Assembly: GCF_006345805.1 (NCBI RefSeq)
Contig: NC_042999.1
Coordinates: forward strand, 101,494,001-101,558,000
Direction of reading: 5' to 3'
DNA length: 64,000 nucleotides
Source of the DNA: Octopus sinensis
Lineage: Eukaryota
Position 1 is the first letter of the stretch; the number at the start of each line of letters is the position of its first letter. Below the pieces are notes generated by a model. That model worked only from the letters and a program-made list of their open reading frames with translations. It did no database searches and was not told the origin of the DNA. The translations under genes were made by a program, and so were the position numbers. Of this stretch, positions 52,747 through 64,000 are shown in pieces.

Positions 52747-53421
52747 CATAAATAATGTATAAATATATGCATATATACATACATATATGTACATACCTAC
52801 ATCTATATGTATATATACATGCATATATGGGTACAGGACATAAAAAAACGTTGAACACAATGAGAAACGAAAACATAACAACAAAAACATGGAAACGAAC
52901 TTTTTTTCAAACAACGGCAAAACAGAGTACAAGACATACAACACAAGGAATTGTCCCTGTTTCGTCTACTCCGCGTTTCGAAGGTAACGACAAGACGCAA
53001 CTCCATTGAAACAAACCTTCCCGCAAAGCAAATTAAATAAAATTTGGGATTTTTTGCGGAGGGGTAAAAGTGGTAACAAGAACAGGACAGTAAAAACAAA
53101 ACAAGACAGTACAAACAATACAAATAAAAACAGTAAAAGACAGGACAAGGAGAATAACACAGTAAAAACAAACTCTCACTGGACAATGATGATGACGATG
53201 ATAATAAATCCAGACAATTTTTTGAAAAATAACTTTTATCAAAACAAGACAGCCCGCTTAGAGTAGACACCTGGTTGTGCCATTTTTAAAGGCCAAGAAT
53301 CAACTCATCACTTTCTATTGAAAGAACTGGCCAGTTGTATAGATGTAAATACGATTTTTTTCTTCTTTCTTTCCTTCTCTTTTCCATTGACACCTCTTTC
53401 AGATACACAGGCACACACACA

Positions 53422-53469
<48 letters not shown>

Positions 53470-53702
53470 TTCTCTCTCTCTCACTCCCCATTCCTCACAC
53501 ACTTTTACTATCCTATATCTCTCTCCGCCTCTACACACTCAATAATACTATAAAAAGAGACGATTCCCTTCAAAAAATTCAAATCTGAAGAATCTACTAG
53601 AGTAGATACAAGCGCTGATATATGATTTATAAAAACATGTGACATATCAATAAAAATCTGTAAATGTACAACCATCCAGATTTCTGAGTACCTTATTTTT
53701 TG

Positions 53703-53764
<62 letters not shown>

Positions 53765-54224
53765 AGACAACAAAAGAATGAAAGAGACCTCAGTATTATG
53801 TAAATATAATATGTGACAATTATTCGGTTGCCATAATAAAACTCCGAGTTTTGGATGTCGGGGCGGAAACCTGCTCCAGCATCTTTTCAGTTATCGAGAC
53901 AATCAAAATATGCTATGAAAATGACCGTTAAACAAAGGGAAATTACTATGTAATTGACCGTTATTAAGGCAAAAGAGCTATTAGAATGACCGTTAAATAA
54001 GGAAAAATGCTCATAGCAATCGCGTATGCGCACATGTACATATATACACATGCGCGCACGCACATCCATGTACATTTGCCTATATACATACGCTCACTCA
54101 CACTCACATGGTTGTATATATATGTGGATGTACATGCATGTGTTCCACGCGAGTATGAGTGAGCATATGGCATGTGCATATTTTAGACGTGTATTTGGAT
54201 ATAACTGTGCGCGTATGGGTATGT

Positions 54225-54261
<37 letters not shown>

Positions 54262-54369
54262 CGCGCGTGTGGATATGTATGCGTGTACATGCATGGTTGC
54301 ATATATATATATGTGTGCATCTATAGGCGTATGTGTGGGTGCGCATGTATGTGTTTCATGCGAGTATGA

Positions 54370-56345
54370 GTGAGCATGGTCCCATTCATCCTCAGCTTCC
54401 TTACTACAGACATCCACCTTTTTCCGAACGTACTTTGCGACAGGCACCTTTTCTCCAGGCGGATCTTTCTCGACAGGTGGAAGCTGAAATAGCTTACCAG
54501 CCCGTGTCCGGAGATGAAGTGACCAGTCCCAATCCCTTTCGCTCATGTCGTCCATAACGTTTCTTTCAAAATGGTTACTACGCAGAAAAACGATGCCTTC
54601 TTTTCCTTGTTGAATGAAGAAGACGGTACGATCTTAATCATGGACCCAGTCGAGACCCGTACTCTCTCTCTGCATCCGACATCAGTTGTTCGACATAAGT
54701 TATCAACTCCCTCAACTCCTTACAGTGTAAGGCGTGCGCGACAGATTCACTGACGCGACAGATTCACTGACCTCGGACAAGTGGGGGAGGTGTCAAAACC
54801 GTTTCTAGACAACGTCTCTCGAACCGGTCAGGCCGATCGGGAGCACAACCAAGCCAAGGATTTCTGGAAGTTATCCAGATACCTCGGCCCGAATGTCCTT
54901 CCGAACAGGGTGGTCAGTTGTTCCTCATCGAAGCCCAGAGACTTCCCCGGGACAACCCTCTATAAAAATCTGCGATGGTAACTTCGCTGCCGGTATTGCT
55001 CGCCCGAGAGAACAGAGTGAGTATTTCTCTGCATTCCCTCTGCCATTTTCCCATCCTAGGTTAGGCGGTTAGGTTATCACCGATGCTATAAACACCTATG
55101 CAACCTCGGCTCTTCCGAACAAAGATAACGTCCTCCCAGACCAAGTTTGGGTTATGGCCGTCATCTTGCTCGCCACTTCGCTCCAGTTTTTCTCCTGCTG
55201 GAAATCTGGTCCAAACCAGATTTCGATCAATTTAACCGGGCCCTCCGTCCAGCCTCCGACGACGCTGTTGGGTTGCGTCGACTTGCCACGCCAGGTGCAG
55301 AGTTGCAAGCCGACTGATTTCTCCTGGTTAATTTTTGCCCCTCCACCGCTTTGTATCCTTTGATGGCGTCTTCTACACGAGGTAGCTGTCCTTTATCAGA
55401 CATGGTGATGGTAACATCATCTGCATATATCGTCGCACTTCTACCGTAACACAGATCACGCGGGTCTACCCCCATAGTCCCCAACCTCTGCAGCAGTGAC
55501 TCAAGAGCCAAAACATACAGCAGCGGGGACAGGGGGCAGCCCTGGCGAACCGAACGCTCGATCGCGAAGGACCCATTCACTCGGATGACAGATTCGATTT
55601 TACAATACATAGCTTCGATCCAGCCTCGGATAGTCGGGCCCAATCCCACTGCCCGGAGGACCCCCGCCAGATACCAATGGTCAACCCTGTAGTGACGCCA
55701 TTTTAGAAATCTTCAGCACGCATGCACAGAGTTGGATTCTTCCGAGAGGCCTGCCGGAAGTTCCCTCATGCGCGTGCGCAGAAAACTAGCAGTAGCAAAG
55801 TTTCCCGCGTATTGTTCTCTCGAATGCTGACAGCCGAACAGGACGGACGTGTTTCTGCAGCTCTTTCAAGCCGCACCTTGTGGAGTTGCTATGCTATGCT
55901 TGAATAGAAAGGATTTGGATCAGTCCATTTGACTACTGCGACGAACTCCTAGGCTGCCGATTCGCCCAGAAGAAGAATGTATATATTGCGAATCCAGAAA
56001 TAAAATATTTATGCTGTAGAAGTTATTCGGAAGTCTTGACTCTTTTCTTCAATTAATATTTTAGTGTAAAGGATGAGAGCTGCACTCGTCCAGTGTTACA
56101 GACCTTTCATCCTGTTACAACCCTATCGAATGCCTTAGACTGGTCTAAATTCACCAGTGCCCCACCTTTGCCAGGAACTTTACCAACCCACTCTATGGTA
56201 TAGCGAATGAGTTGAAGGATGTCATGTATCGTCCTTCCTGGGATGGCACGTGTCTGTGTCTCTCCCACCAGGTCGCCCACGACAATCCTCACTCTTTTGG
56301 CTAGCACCTTGGCAAAAATCTTTAACTCTGTGTTTAGCAGAGTTA
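54370..56345 (-). mobile_element. Decayed Tx1/L1-clade LINE ORF2 fragment
   Basis: ITLLNTELKIFAKVLAKR, LDQSKAFDRV, RQGCPLSPLLY and YADD motifs, plus a C-terminal LDNFQKSLAW...CPR region. Confidence 0.85.
55688..56119. mobile_element. Solo LTR (432 bp) inserted in the Tx1/L1 RT
   Basis: TGTA...TACA termini, 4-bp TSD ACCC (55684-55687 and 56120-56123), internal AATAAA near 56000. Removal restores AFDRVDHW. Confidence 0.85.
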
Positions 56346-58061
56346 TGAACCAAAGACATCAAGACGAGGAAAAGTTAGGTTTTTTTATAAGGAGTTGTAG
56401 GCTCAGCTGAGGTAGAAAACAGGCTATCACACGTAACCTTATCTGAAGTCTGCGATTAGTTGGGTTGCATATTGGTGCGCGATAGAGCAAGAGACAAATT
56501 GCGCCAATACCAACCCATCAGTGTAGTGGATACAACAGGGTCCAAAATACGGCCAAAGGCTAGCTGTTATCTACTACGTTCGTATGTATATATAATAGAG
56601 AGGAGAGGAGTTTTACTCAAGTGTACGCTACAGGTTGATCCTCATAACTAAACTACTGAAGGACACTTTTTTGCCTAATATCAGGGCGATACTACGTACA
56701 AATGATACGATTTTACGTATTTTATTTATTCATATACTATGCTACATTTATATTCTATAGTAAGTGAATTGAATAGGTTTCAAATTGGAATCAAAACAAT
56801 GCCGTGACCTTTGCTTCGTCTGCTCGACAACTGTTGATCTGTTCCAACATTGTCGTTGATGCTGTGCTCGCGTCTACGCTTTACATTAGATTCGTCCTTC
56901 ACGCTTCTGAAAATGACCAGGTTATCAGCTCTACACCTTATAGTTCCTGAGGCGGCTTATTAGTAAATTTAGGCATAAAATCCGCAATTACAATGGAGGC
57001 ACATAATAGTGAAGCCAAGACCTGGTGGGACTCTTGCTTCCCGCTCAACCCACATCTCATTAACTTCTCATATTAGATTCAAAGTGCTGTACTCCAGAGT
57101 GCACAGCACTGCGCCACAGTCAGCGATCCCGAATAAGATGTCACCAAATACACTGCTCTAAGCTACATTTTTCAAGGTTGTCATGAGTGTCTTTGTATCT
57201 TTTCTTTGATCCAGCATATGACTGAGAGCTAACTGTTTGAAATCTAGAGTTGAGCATACGCTTTACGTATATGCAGTAGAACACGATTTTAAGTTCTAAA
57301 GTTTTACATATTGCAGTGATCTTGCAGATTAGAACTCAGTTTCACTTTGTCATCCAACAATCATTTTTATTGTTTGATGGTCGACGAAGAATTTTGTATT
57401 GAAATTTTTATGCAAAGATATATTTTTTAATGTTTTGCAAGTAAGATGTTGCTATAGTTTCTTGTTCTCAAAAGAATGTCAAGAAATACTTTCTGAAAGA
57501 AGTACAAGGTAGACAGATACACACATATAGTTCAATATTATATAAATTTTTATTTTCCGATATAAAAAAAAAGAGACAGTTTCCATACCTACGAAAGTGT
57601 ATCCCTCCTTACCCCTGGTTTCGTTTCCTCATAACTTCTAGAAAAATAGATATTTTTTAATGATTTTTTTTTTTAATAAATACGTTTCAGATGGTATAAA
57701 TTCTGATTATATTGGAATTTGTAATGACAAAAAATTTTCCGTGGGTATGGAGAGGAATTTCGGAAAATTCAAATGAGCCGGCTTTGTTTCCTCATAGCTT
57801 TCAGAAAAATATTTTTTAATAAAATTGTCTACAAGTACCTTTCAGATGGGACACATTATGACTGTATGGGAATTTAATAAGAAAAAAAAAATTGGGCTCA
57901 CACACATCACATATATCTACAAAATGAAATTTGAAATTTCAAAAAAATTTGTGTTGTGTGTCAGTATGTATGTGTGCGCGCTCACTATTTTCTTTTTCAT
58001 ATCAAATTCCGATATAATAATAGTTTACACGTTCTGAAAGCTATTTTGTAGAACATTTCAT

Positions 58062-58400
58062 AGGCACAGGCGTGGCTTTGTAGTAAGAAACTTGCTTCTC
58101 AACCACATGATTCTGGGTTCAACACCCACTGCGTGGCAACTTAGACAAGCCTTGTGAGTGGATTTCGTCGACGGAAACTGAAAGAAGTACGTTGTATATG
58201 TGTGTGCGTGTGTGTGTGTGTCCGCCATCGCTTGACAACCGATGTTGGTGTGTTTACGTCCCCGAAACTTAACAGTTCAGCCAAAAAGATCGATAGAATA
58301 AATACTAGGCTTACAAAGAATAAGTCCTGGGGGTCGATTTCTTCGACTAAAGGCGGTGCACCAGTATGGCCGCAGTCAAATGACTGAAACAAGTAAAAGA
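58062..58400 (+). mobile_element. tRNA-derived SINE, second family
   Basis: GGCGTGGCTTTGTAGTAAG head, GGTTCAACACC B-box, GACGGAAACTGAAAGAAG body and GACTGAAACAAGTAAAAGA tail. Confidence 0.8.
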
Positions 58401-59080
58401 ATTCTAAGTTATGGGTAAAAAGGCGGAGGTAAAGGACATGGATCGCACTCCACTTGCAGTTATTATTTTTACTTTGTTTTTCTTTTTCTACAGAAACCCT
58501 CTTTTTCTACAGAAATCCACCTTGTCAACTGCGGAGATTCCGATTCTGCAAAAAAAAAAAAAAAAAATCGGCATTTCAAAACTTTACCTCCGCCAGGATA
58601 TAAAGCCGACTCGTATAATTTTTCCGAAACTCCTTGTCCCACCTCGGAAAAAAATTTTGCCCCTAACAAATTCTGATATGAACTACACAATCTGAAGCGT
58701 ATTTGTAGAAAATTTCATTAAAAAATATCCATTTTTCTAGAAGTTATGAGCAAACAAATACTAAGCCAAAATATTTAAAAATCTTCGCTGTGTTTTTTTT
58801 TTTATTTGAATCTCGCTGCCTTCCACTCTAAAATAAAATAAAATATAAGGGAGGCAACTATAAATGACTACCACGTTTATTAAAACAAATTGTACACTTT
58901 TTCTCGAAAAAATATATATATTTATATATTGGGTTTATATTTAGAAAATAAAACAAAAATTCTCATTCTACATTTAAATAATGGCAATAATAATAAGCGT
59001 TTTTTTTATTGTTCACAACACAACAATAACAAAATTACGGAACTAATTGAAATCATATCTATGTATATACTGCACTTTAC

Positions 59081-59086
59081 CACGTG
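59081..59086. promoter_or_regulatory. Canonical E-box CACGTG just upstream of the URB1 ATG
   Basis: acCACGTGtg ends 10 nt before the ATG of a ribosome-biogenesis gene. Confidence 0.45.
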
Positions 59087-59095
59087 TGGAACAGC

Positions 59096-59255
59096 ATGGC
59101 GACAGTAGGCGATTGTTCGAAAATGCCTCAAAAAAGAAGCGCCGAGGAAATGTCTTTGGACGAACCAACAGCTAAAGCCATTAAGCTTTCAGATGATGCT
59201 TATACTTATACAGATTTTATCACAGAACTGAAAGACACATCAACTTCTATGAGCG
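59096..59255 (+). CDS. URB1: URB1/Npa1 nucleolar pre-ribosomal-associated protein 1, exon 1
   Basis: MATVGDCSKMPQKRSAEEMSLDEPTAKAIKLSDDAYTYTDFITELKDTSTSMS then G|GTAAGA donor. The basic N-terminus plus F..ELKD resembles the URB1 N-terminus as recalled. The second ATG (MPQKR) could be the true start. Confidence 0.7.
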
Positions 59256-60729
59256 GTAAGATGAGATATTGCTCTCGCATCGATGTCGTATAAAATGTTT
59301 ACATGTGTAAAATTCTGGGCATTTCTGTTTAGATAAGTTTGCAGGATATAACATTTTTGGCCGGTGCTTACTTTATTATCTTTTTTAAAAGTATTCTTAG
59401 TAGAAAACTATTGCATTCACTCCCAGCTTTCTATCAATGTTTCATTAAACGCTACCGGGTGTTGAAAATTAGTTTCCTGAAATTGGAAGCAACAATTATC
59501 TGTGAATTAGTTATAATTTACAGATAGTTCTCAAACTCGTTTATGTTGCAGAATGAGTAAAGCAGTGATAGAGATTCAGCAAATTATATTGATAACACCA
59601 ATCAATAAAGTATTCGATTATGACTGGCACACACGCCTTGTAGGGTTTGTGAGATTTGGCTGTTATTTCTAGCATGTGGATAGCCTACTTCAAGGCCGGG
59701 GAATTGAAAATATGAAAATTGTTTTTCCGTAACCAAAAACGGGATTCCGTGAAAAAAAAATCAATATATACATATCCATTTTCCTGAAAGTTATGACGGT
59801 AAAATCGGATCTTGTGAATTTTCCGAAAGTCCTCTCTACACAGTTCTTAACACCCAGCAGGTCGGGCTTTTTGTGTGTGTGTTAACGGGTGAAGATCTTT
59901 ATATTAACCGAAATCTGTAGTTATGCCGAGTCGTAGTGTATTGCCACCCTGTAAAAATGAGCAACTAGAACCTCAACTACAAACGCTAGTCCTTACCCTC
60001 ACTGAGTATCTCTCGGAGAACACACATGTACTGCTTCACATTTAGTACAACGCTGCTATATGTAGACATCCCATAATGCATCTTAAAAAGAGGCTACCTT
60101 ACTGATTAGGTATGAACTTGTGTACCAACATACTCCAACCTGAAAGTCTCAGACGTGCTGTCTCCTCTCTGAGTCTTTACTCCTTGTACTGCAACTATAG
60201 AGGTCTTTATTCTCTAGTTTCCAGGCACCTCCACTTAAGCAACTCATTTATCTTTTGTCAGCATATTGTGCCTAAGCCTTGCACTAACCATATGTCCAGT
60301 CTTTCCTCTCCAGAACAGTTGTCTTCAGGAATTCTCTCTTGGCCCATACATTTCCAACAATCATTGGCTTGCAAGTTGTTCAACTACATTGATCTCCTCT
60401 TGCATGTCCAGGTGAAATCTATAAGCCCCTCCCCCAAACTCCATTACATGTGTTGTGATATGATTGTCATTGATATATGTGCACTCGTTCATTCCTTTTT
60501 AAATCTTTTTTAAACCCTATTAAGCTAGGAAGGGGTGGGGTCCAAGAGCCCCCTTCCTCTGTGGGTTTTTTTTTTGCATAACTTTTGAAAGAAATTTATC
60601 CTGTTAAATCTTCACATAACTAATTTTGAAAATAAAGTTTTCCATTGCCACAGAAACAGCAGGAATTGAATAAGTAGCATAAAACAATATTATGTTTTTC
60701 ATTTTTCTAGTTACAAAATTTGATTATTA

Positions 60730-61096
60730 CTCTCTCTTTTACTCTTTTACTTGTTTCAGTCATTTGACTGCGGCCATGCTGGAGCACCACCTTTTAGTAC
60801 TTATTCTATCGGTCTCTTTTTGCCGAACCGCTAAGTGACGGGGACGTAAACACACCAGCATCGGTTGTCAAGCAATGCTAGGGGGACAAACACAGACACA
60901 CAAACACACACATACAAACATATATATATATATACATATATACGACAGGCTTCTTTCAGTTTCCGTCTACCAAATCCACTCACAAGGCATTGGTCGGCCC
61001 GGGGCTATAGCAGAAGACACTTGCCCAAGATGCCACGCAGTGGGACTGAACCCGCAACCGTGTGGTTGGTTAGCAAGCTACTTACCACACAGCCAC
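60730..61096 (-). mobile_element. tRNA-derived SINE, second family, in URB1 intron 1
   Basis: Reverse complement of 58062-58400; partial copies near 25320-25530, 28417-28480, 26890 and 41720. Confidence 0.82.
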
Positions 61097-63563
61097 AGAC
61101 TTTGTAATCAAAACAATAGCAAAGATGTTTATTAATGATGTATATTCCTGCCAAGTTTCATTGTCATATCATAAGTAATTCTTTGCAAATTTAAAGATTT
61201 GTAATTCTATCTTGTAGCCATTTGTTCAGCAAATTTAGCTTCCCAAATATGTTTGGAAAATAGAATGGGTAGAATATGTCACATTTGGTAGCTGGGGTTT
61301 CTTCTTCTAGCTGCTTACTAGAAGCTTCACAACATTGTCCCAAAGTTTAATGAAGTAACACGAGCAATTACCCTTTGAGATTATCACCGTATGAACTCAA
61401 AGTAGTAATCATCATCATTTAACATTTGTTTTCCATGCTGGTATGGGTTGGATGGTTTGACAGGAGCTGGAAACGGTTTCTACAGCTGTATACCCTTCTT
61501 AATGCCAACCACTTTACAGAGTGTACTGGGTGCTTTTATACAGCACTAGCAAGGGTGCTTTAACATGGCACCAGCACAGGTACTTTTTACATGGTACCAG
61601 CACCCACGAGACTATCCGATGCCATCTTGATACTTTATTCATTGTAATAACTGTCCTTTAATGTCTGTTTTCCATGCTGGCATGGGTTGGATGCTTTGAC
61701 CAGAGCTGCACCAAGTTCCAGCCTGATTTGGCTTGGTTTCTATGGCTGGATGCCCTTCCTAATGCGAACCACTTTAAAGTGTGTGCTCGGTGCTTTTAAT
61801 GTGGTTCCCCACATCTGCTTGATGAATTATTATTGAAATGTTAGTGAATCCTTTTATTTTTTCTGTCATGACAGAACTTAAATAGAAAATGCATTGTGTG
61901 TATGTATGTTTAGTGTGTAAATTTTACACACATTAATAGAAAATTTTAGAAAGAAACCAAGTGGTAATTGTGTACTCTGCTTCATTGGACCTGTTCCTCC
62001 TCTCCCTCTACACCTCAATTCCCAAATTTTACCATGGTCTCAGGTTGAGAAACAGAGCCCTAGTGTATTTTAAATATTGAATGAAATCTCTTTGATCTAA
62101 GGTTAATGAGGATTAACTTGAGACTAAATAGTTACTACAATCCAATTAACCAGAACAATGACCACTGCCATCACCAACTTGGAAACCAATACAAGCTACA
62201 CCACCATCTCTAGCAACCCACCAACTTTTGAGTAGCCTACTAACAACAACAATAGTGGTATCGGCATGATAACAATGTCTCTAGATATATGCTTTATATC
62301 AATGCAATGGTGTGTTGAGTAGTGTGTATTTATGGCTCAAATCATAGGTGCAAGGGGCAAATTGCCCATGAACCTGGTAAACCTTCAAGAAACTGTAATC
62401 ATGTAGTACTTCCACTCCTTCACCTTTTCATCTTCATATTTTCATTCTTACAACCATAAGAATAAGACAACAATTTTTGTTTACATAAAACAATTCTTTC
62501 CTAATGCTATATTTTTTAATACTTTCATTATACCACACCCTTCACATAGTTGTCAACATATTTTGTGGAAAGTGCATACCCTATTATGATAGTAAGATTC
62601 TTATTTATCCCGTCATATATTTTATGTACACATATTGTATTGTGTATGTTTAGCAGTTGTTATTTTCATGCTTGACCATTTTCTTTCTGTTGTTTTTTGA
62701 AAATATCAGCTGGAACCCAAACTCAATGAGAAAATTTATTTCATGTTACAGGATTTTGCAATTCAGCTAGTTTTTCAGGAACACATTACTCTCATAGTAT
62801 GGTGATTCCTGTACTTATTTTATTACTCTCTATTCTTTCAAATCACAAAGTTACATATATATCTAACATAGAGACACATGATTCAGCACACTGGTTTACA
62901 CTAGTAAGCATAAGTATGGATATATGAACATACATATAGATATATAATAGACCTTTGCACAGTTTCTATATACCAAATTCTACTTACAAGTGGGTTTGAA
63001 CTCATTATATGATTGCAAAGTTAATCTCTTAACCACATAACCATGTGTATGTATTCACAAATCTCTTATTTATTAGGTTTTATGAAAATCATCAATTTAT
63101 ATCTTTGATTCTGCTTCTTATGGTCCATTGATTCTTATTCAGAGTTAGGTGAGCCAGAGGACCATGTATCATTCGTATATTCTATTTTGGATTGACTTCT
63201 ATGACTGGATGCTATTCCTAATACCAGCCACTTTATAGAACATACTTGAGGCATTTTATCATGGTACCAGCACTAAATAATGTCATGTCCTCAACAAAAC
63301 TAGAGAATCCTCTTCACCCAACATGCTTCATAAATTGATCCAAGGAAAATTAGGTTAGATTATTAGTTATACAGAAAATGAGCTTCATTCAGCTTGATTT
63401 GAATGTTTTACTTGCAGTTACTGGTTATATGAATGAAAGACACCATAAAAAAGAAAAGGTTCAAATAAGTAGTTGTATTATTACTTTAATTAGAAACATA
63501 CTTTTTTGAAAGATTCAAACATATTTCTGTAGTTTTGTTCAAACTTAAACATTTCTTTTACAG

Positions 63564-63700
63564 CTATATATAAATTCACAACATCAGCCTCAAAATATCC
63601 AGACATTAGTTATGACTTGGTGGCTCATTACTGTGAAAATTCCAATGATTTTGAAGATCTTTTCTCTGTTCTGTTTTCTACTGAGAAAAATTGTAAAGAC
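63564..63700 (+). CDS. URB1: URB1 exon 2
   Basis: ttcttttacAG|CT... phase-1 join gives AIYKFTTSASKYPDISYDLVAHYCENSNDFEDLFSVLFSTEKNCKD, then a GTGAGT donor. It aligns by eye to URB1 (F..AA.K.P...YD.V..Y...S....IF.LL). The gene continues beyond the window. Confidence 0.72.
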
Positions 63701-64000
63701 GTGAGTTATATTTTAATTTCTACTTTTTAATTGCCACTTTAAAATTAATTCAAATTTTTTTTTTTTTACTTTCTCAGTGGTAAGTTTGTTATATTTTCTA
63801 AGAAATCTTTCTTGCAATATTTTTAAATTTTCCTTATTTTAACAAGTTTGATGTTATAGTAAGTAATTACTAGCATAAAGTTAGATAAGTCTGCAGCAAG
63901 CACATTACCATTAGGTTGTGGGCTAATCTCTAACCTAGGTTAACACATCATCAGCCCTTGGGTATCTTTAGTAGGTTCATTCTATTGCAAGTATTCAGGT

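Noticed and set aside
54026-54373. Cys/Val/Tyr/His-rich ORFs here and at 4220-4895, 24593-25028, 26640-26985 and 52667-53009
   Set aside because: Translations of (TG)n, (TA)n and (TATG)n microsatellites.

Overview
AT-rich, microsatellite- and transposon-dense animal genomic DNA. The SINE, RTE-LINE and mariner content suggests a coleoid cephalopod such as Octopus (inference, not verified). Two host genes could be reconstructed by hand. The first is a complete 7-exon CHMP1B (ESCRT-III, 202 aa, minus strand, 36073-52474) whose first intron has textbook U12 minor-spliceosome signals. The second is the first two exons of URB1/Npa1 (plus strand, from 59096), transcribed divergently. A possible third gene begins at 27165 (minus) with a signal-peptide-like exon. 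Nearly all other ORFs in the track are microsatellite artefacts or transposon fragments: RTE, Tx1/L1, CR1, HERO-like, Penelope-like, Ty3/Gypsy, mariner DD34D, DD41D, hAT, piggyBac-like MITEs and tRNA-derived SINEs. The most notable observations are a C4HC3 PHD finger embedded inside the RT domain of a young RTE LINE, the U12 intron carrying an 891-bp fold-back transposon, a long-TIR element with an internal telomeric-repeat palindrome, a tandemly amplified RTE 3' end, and decayed hammerhead-like motifs. All calls were made by eye; no database search was run.
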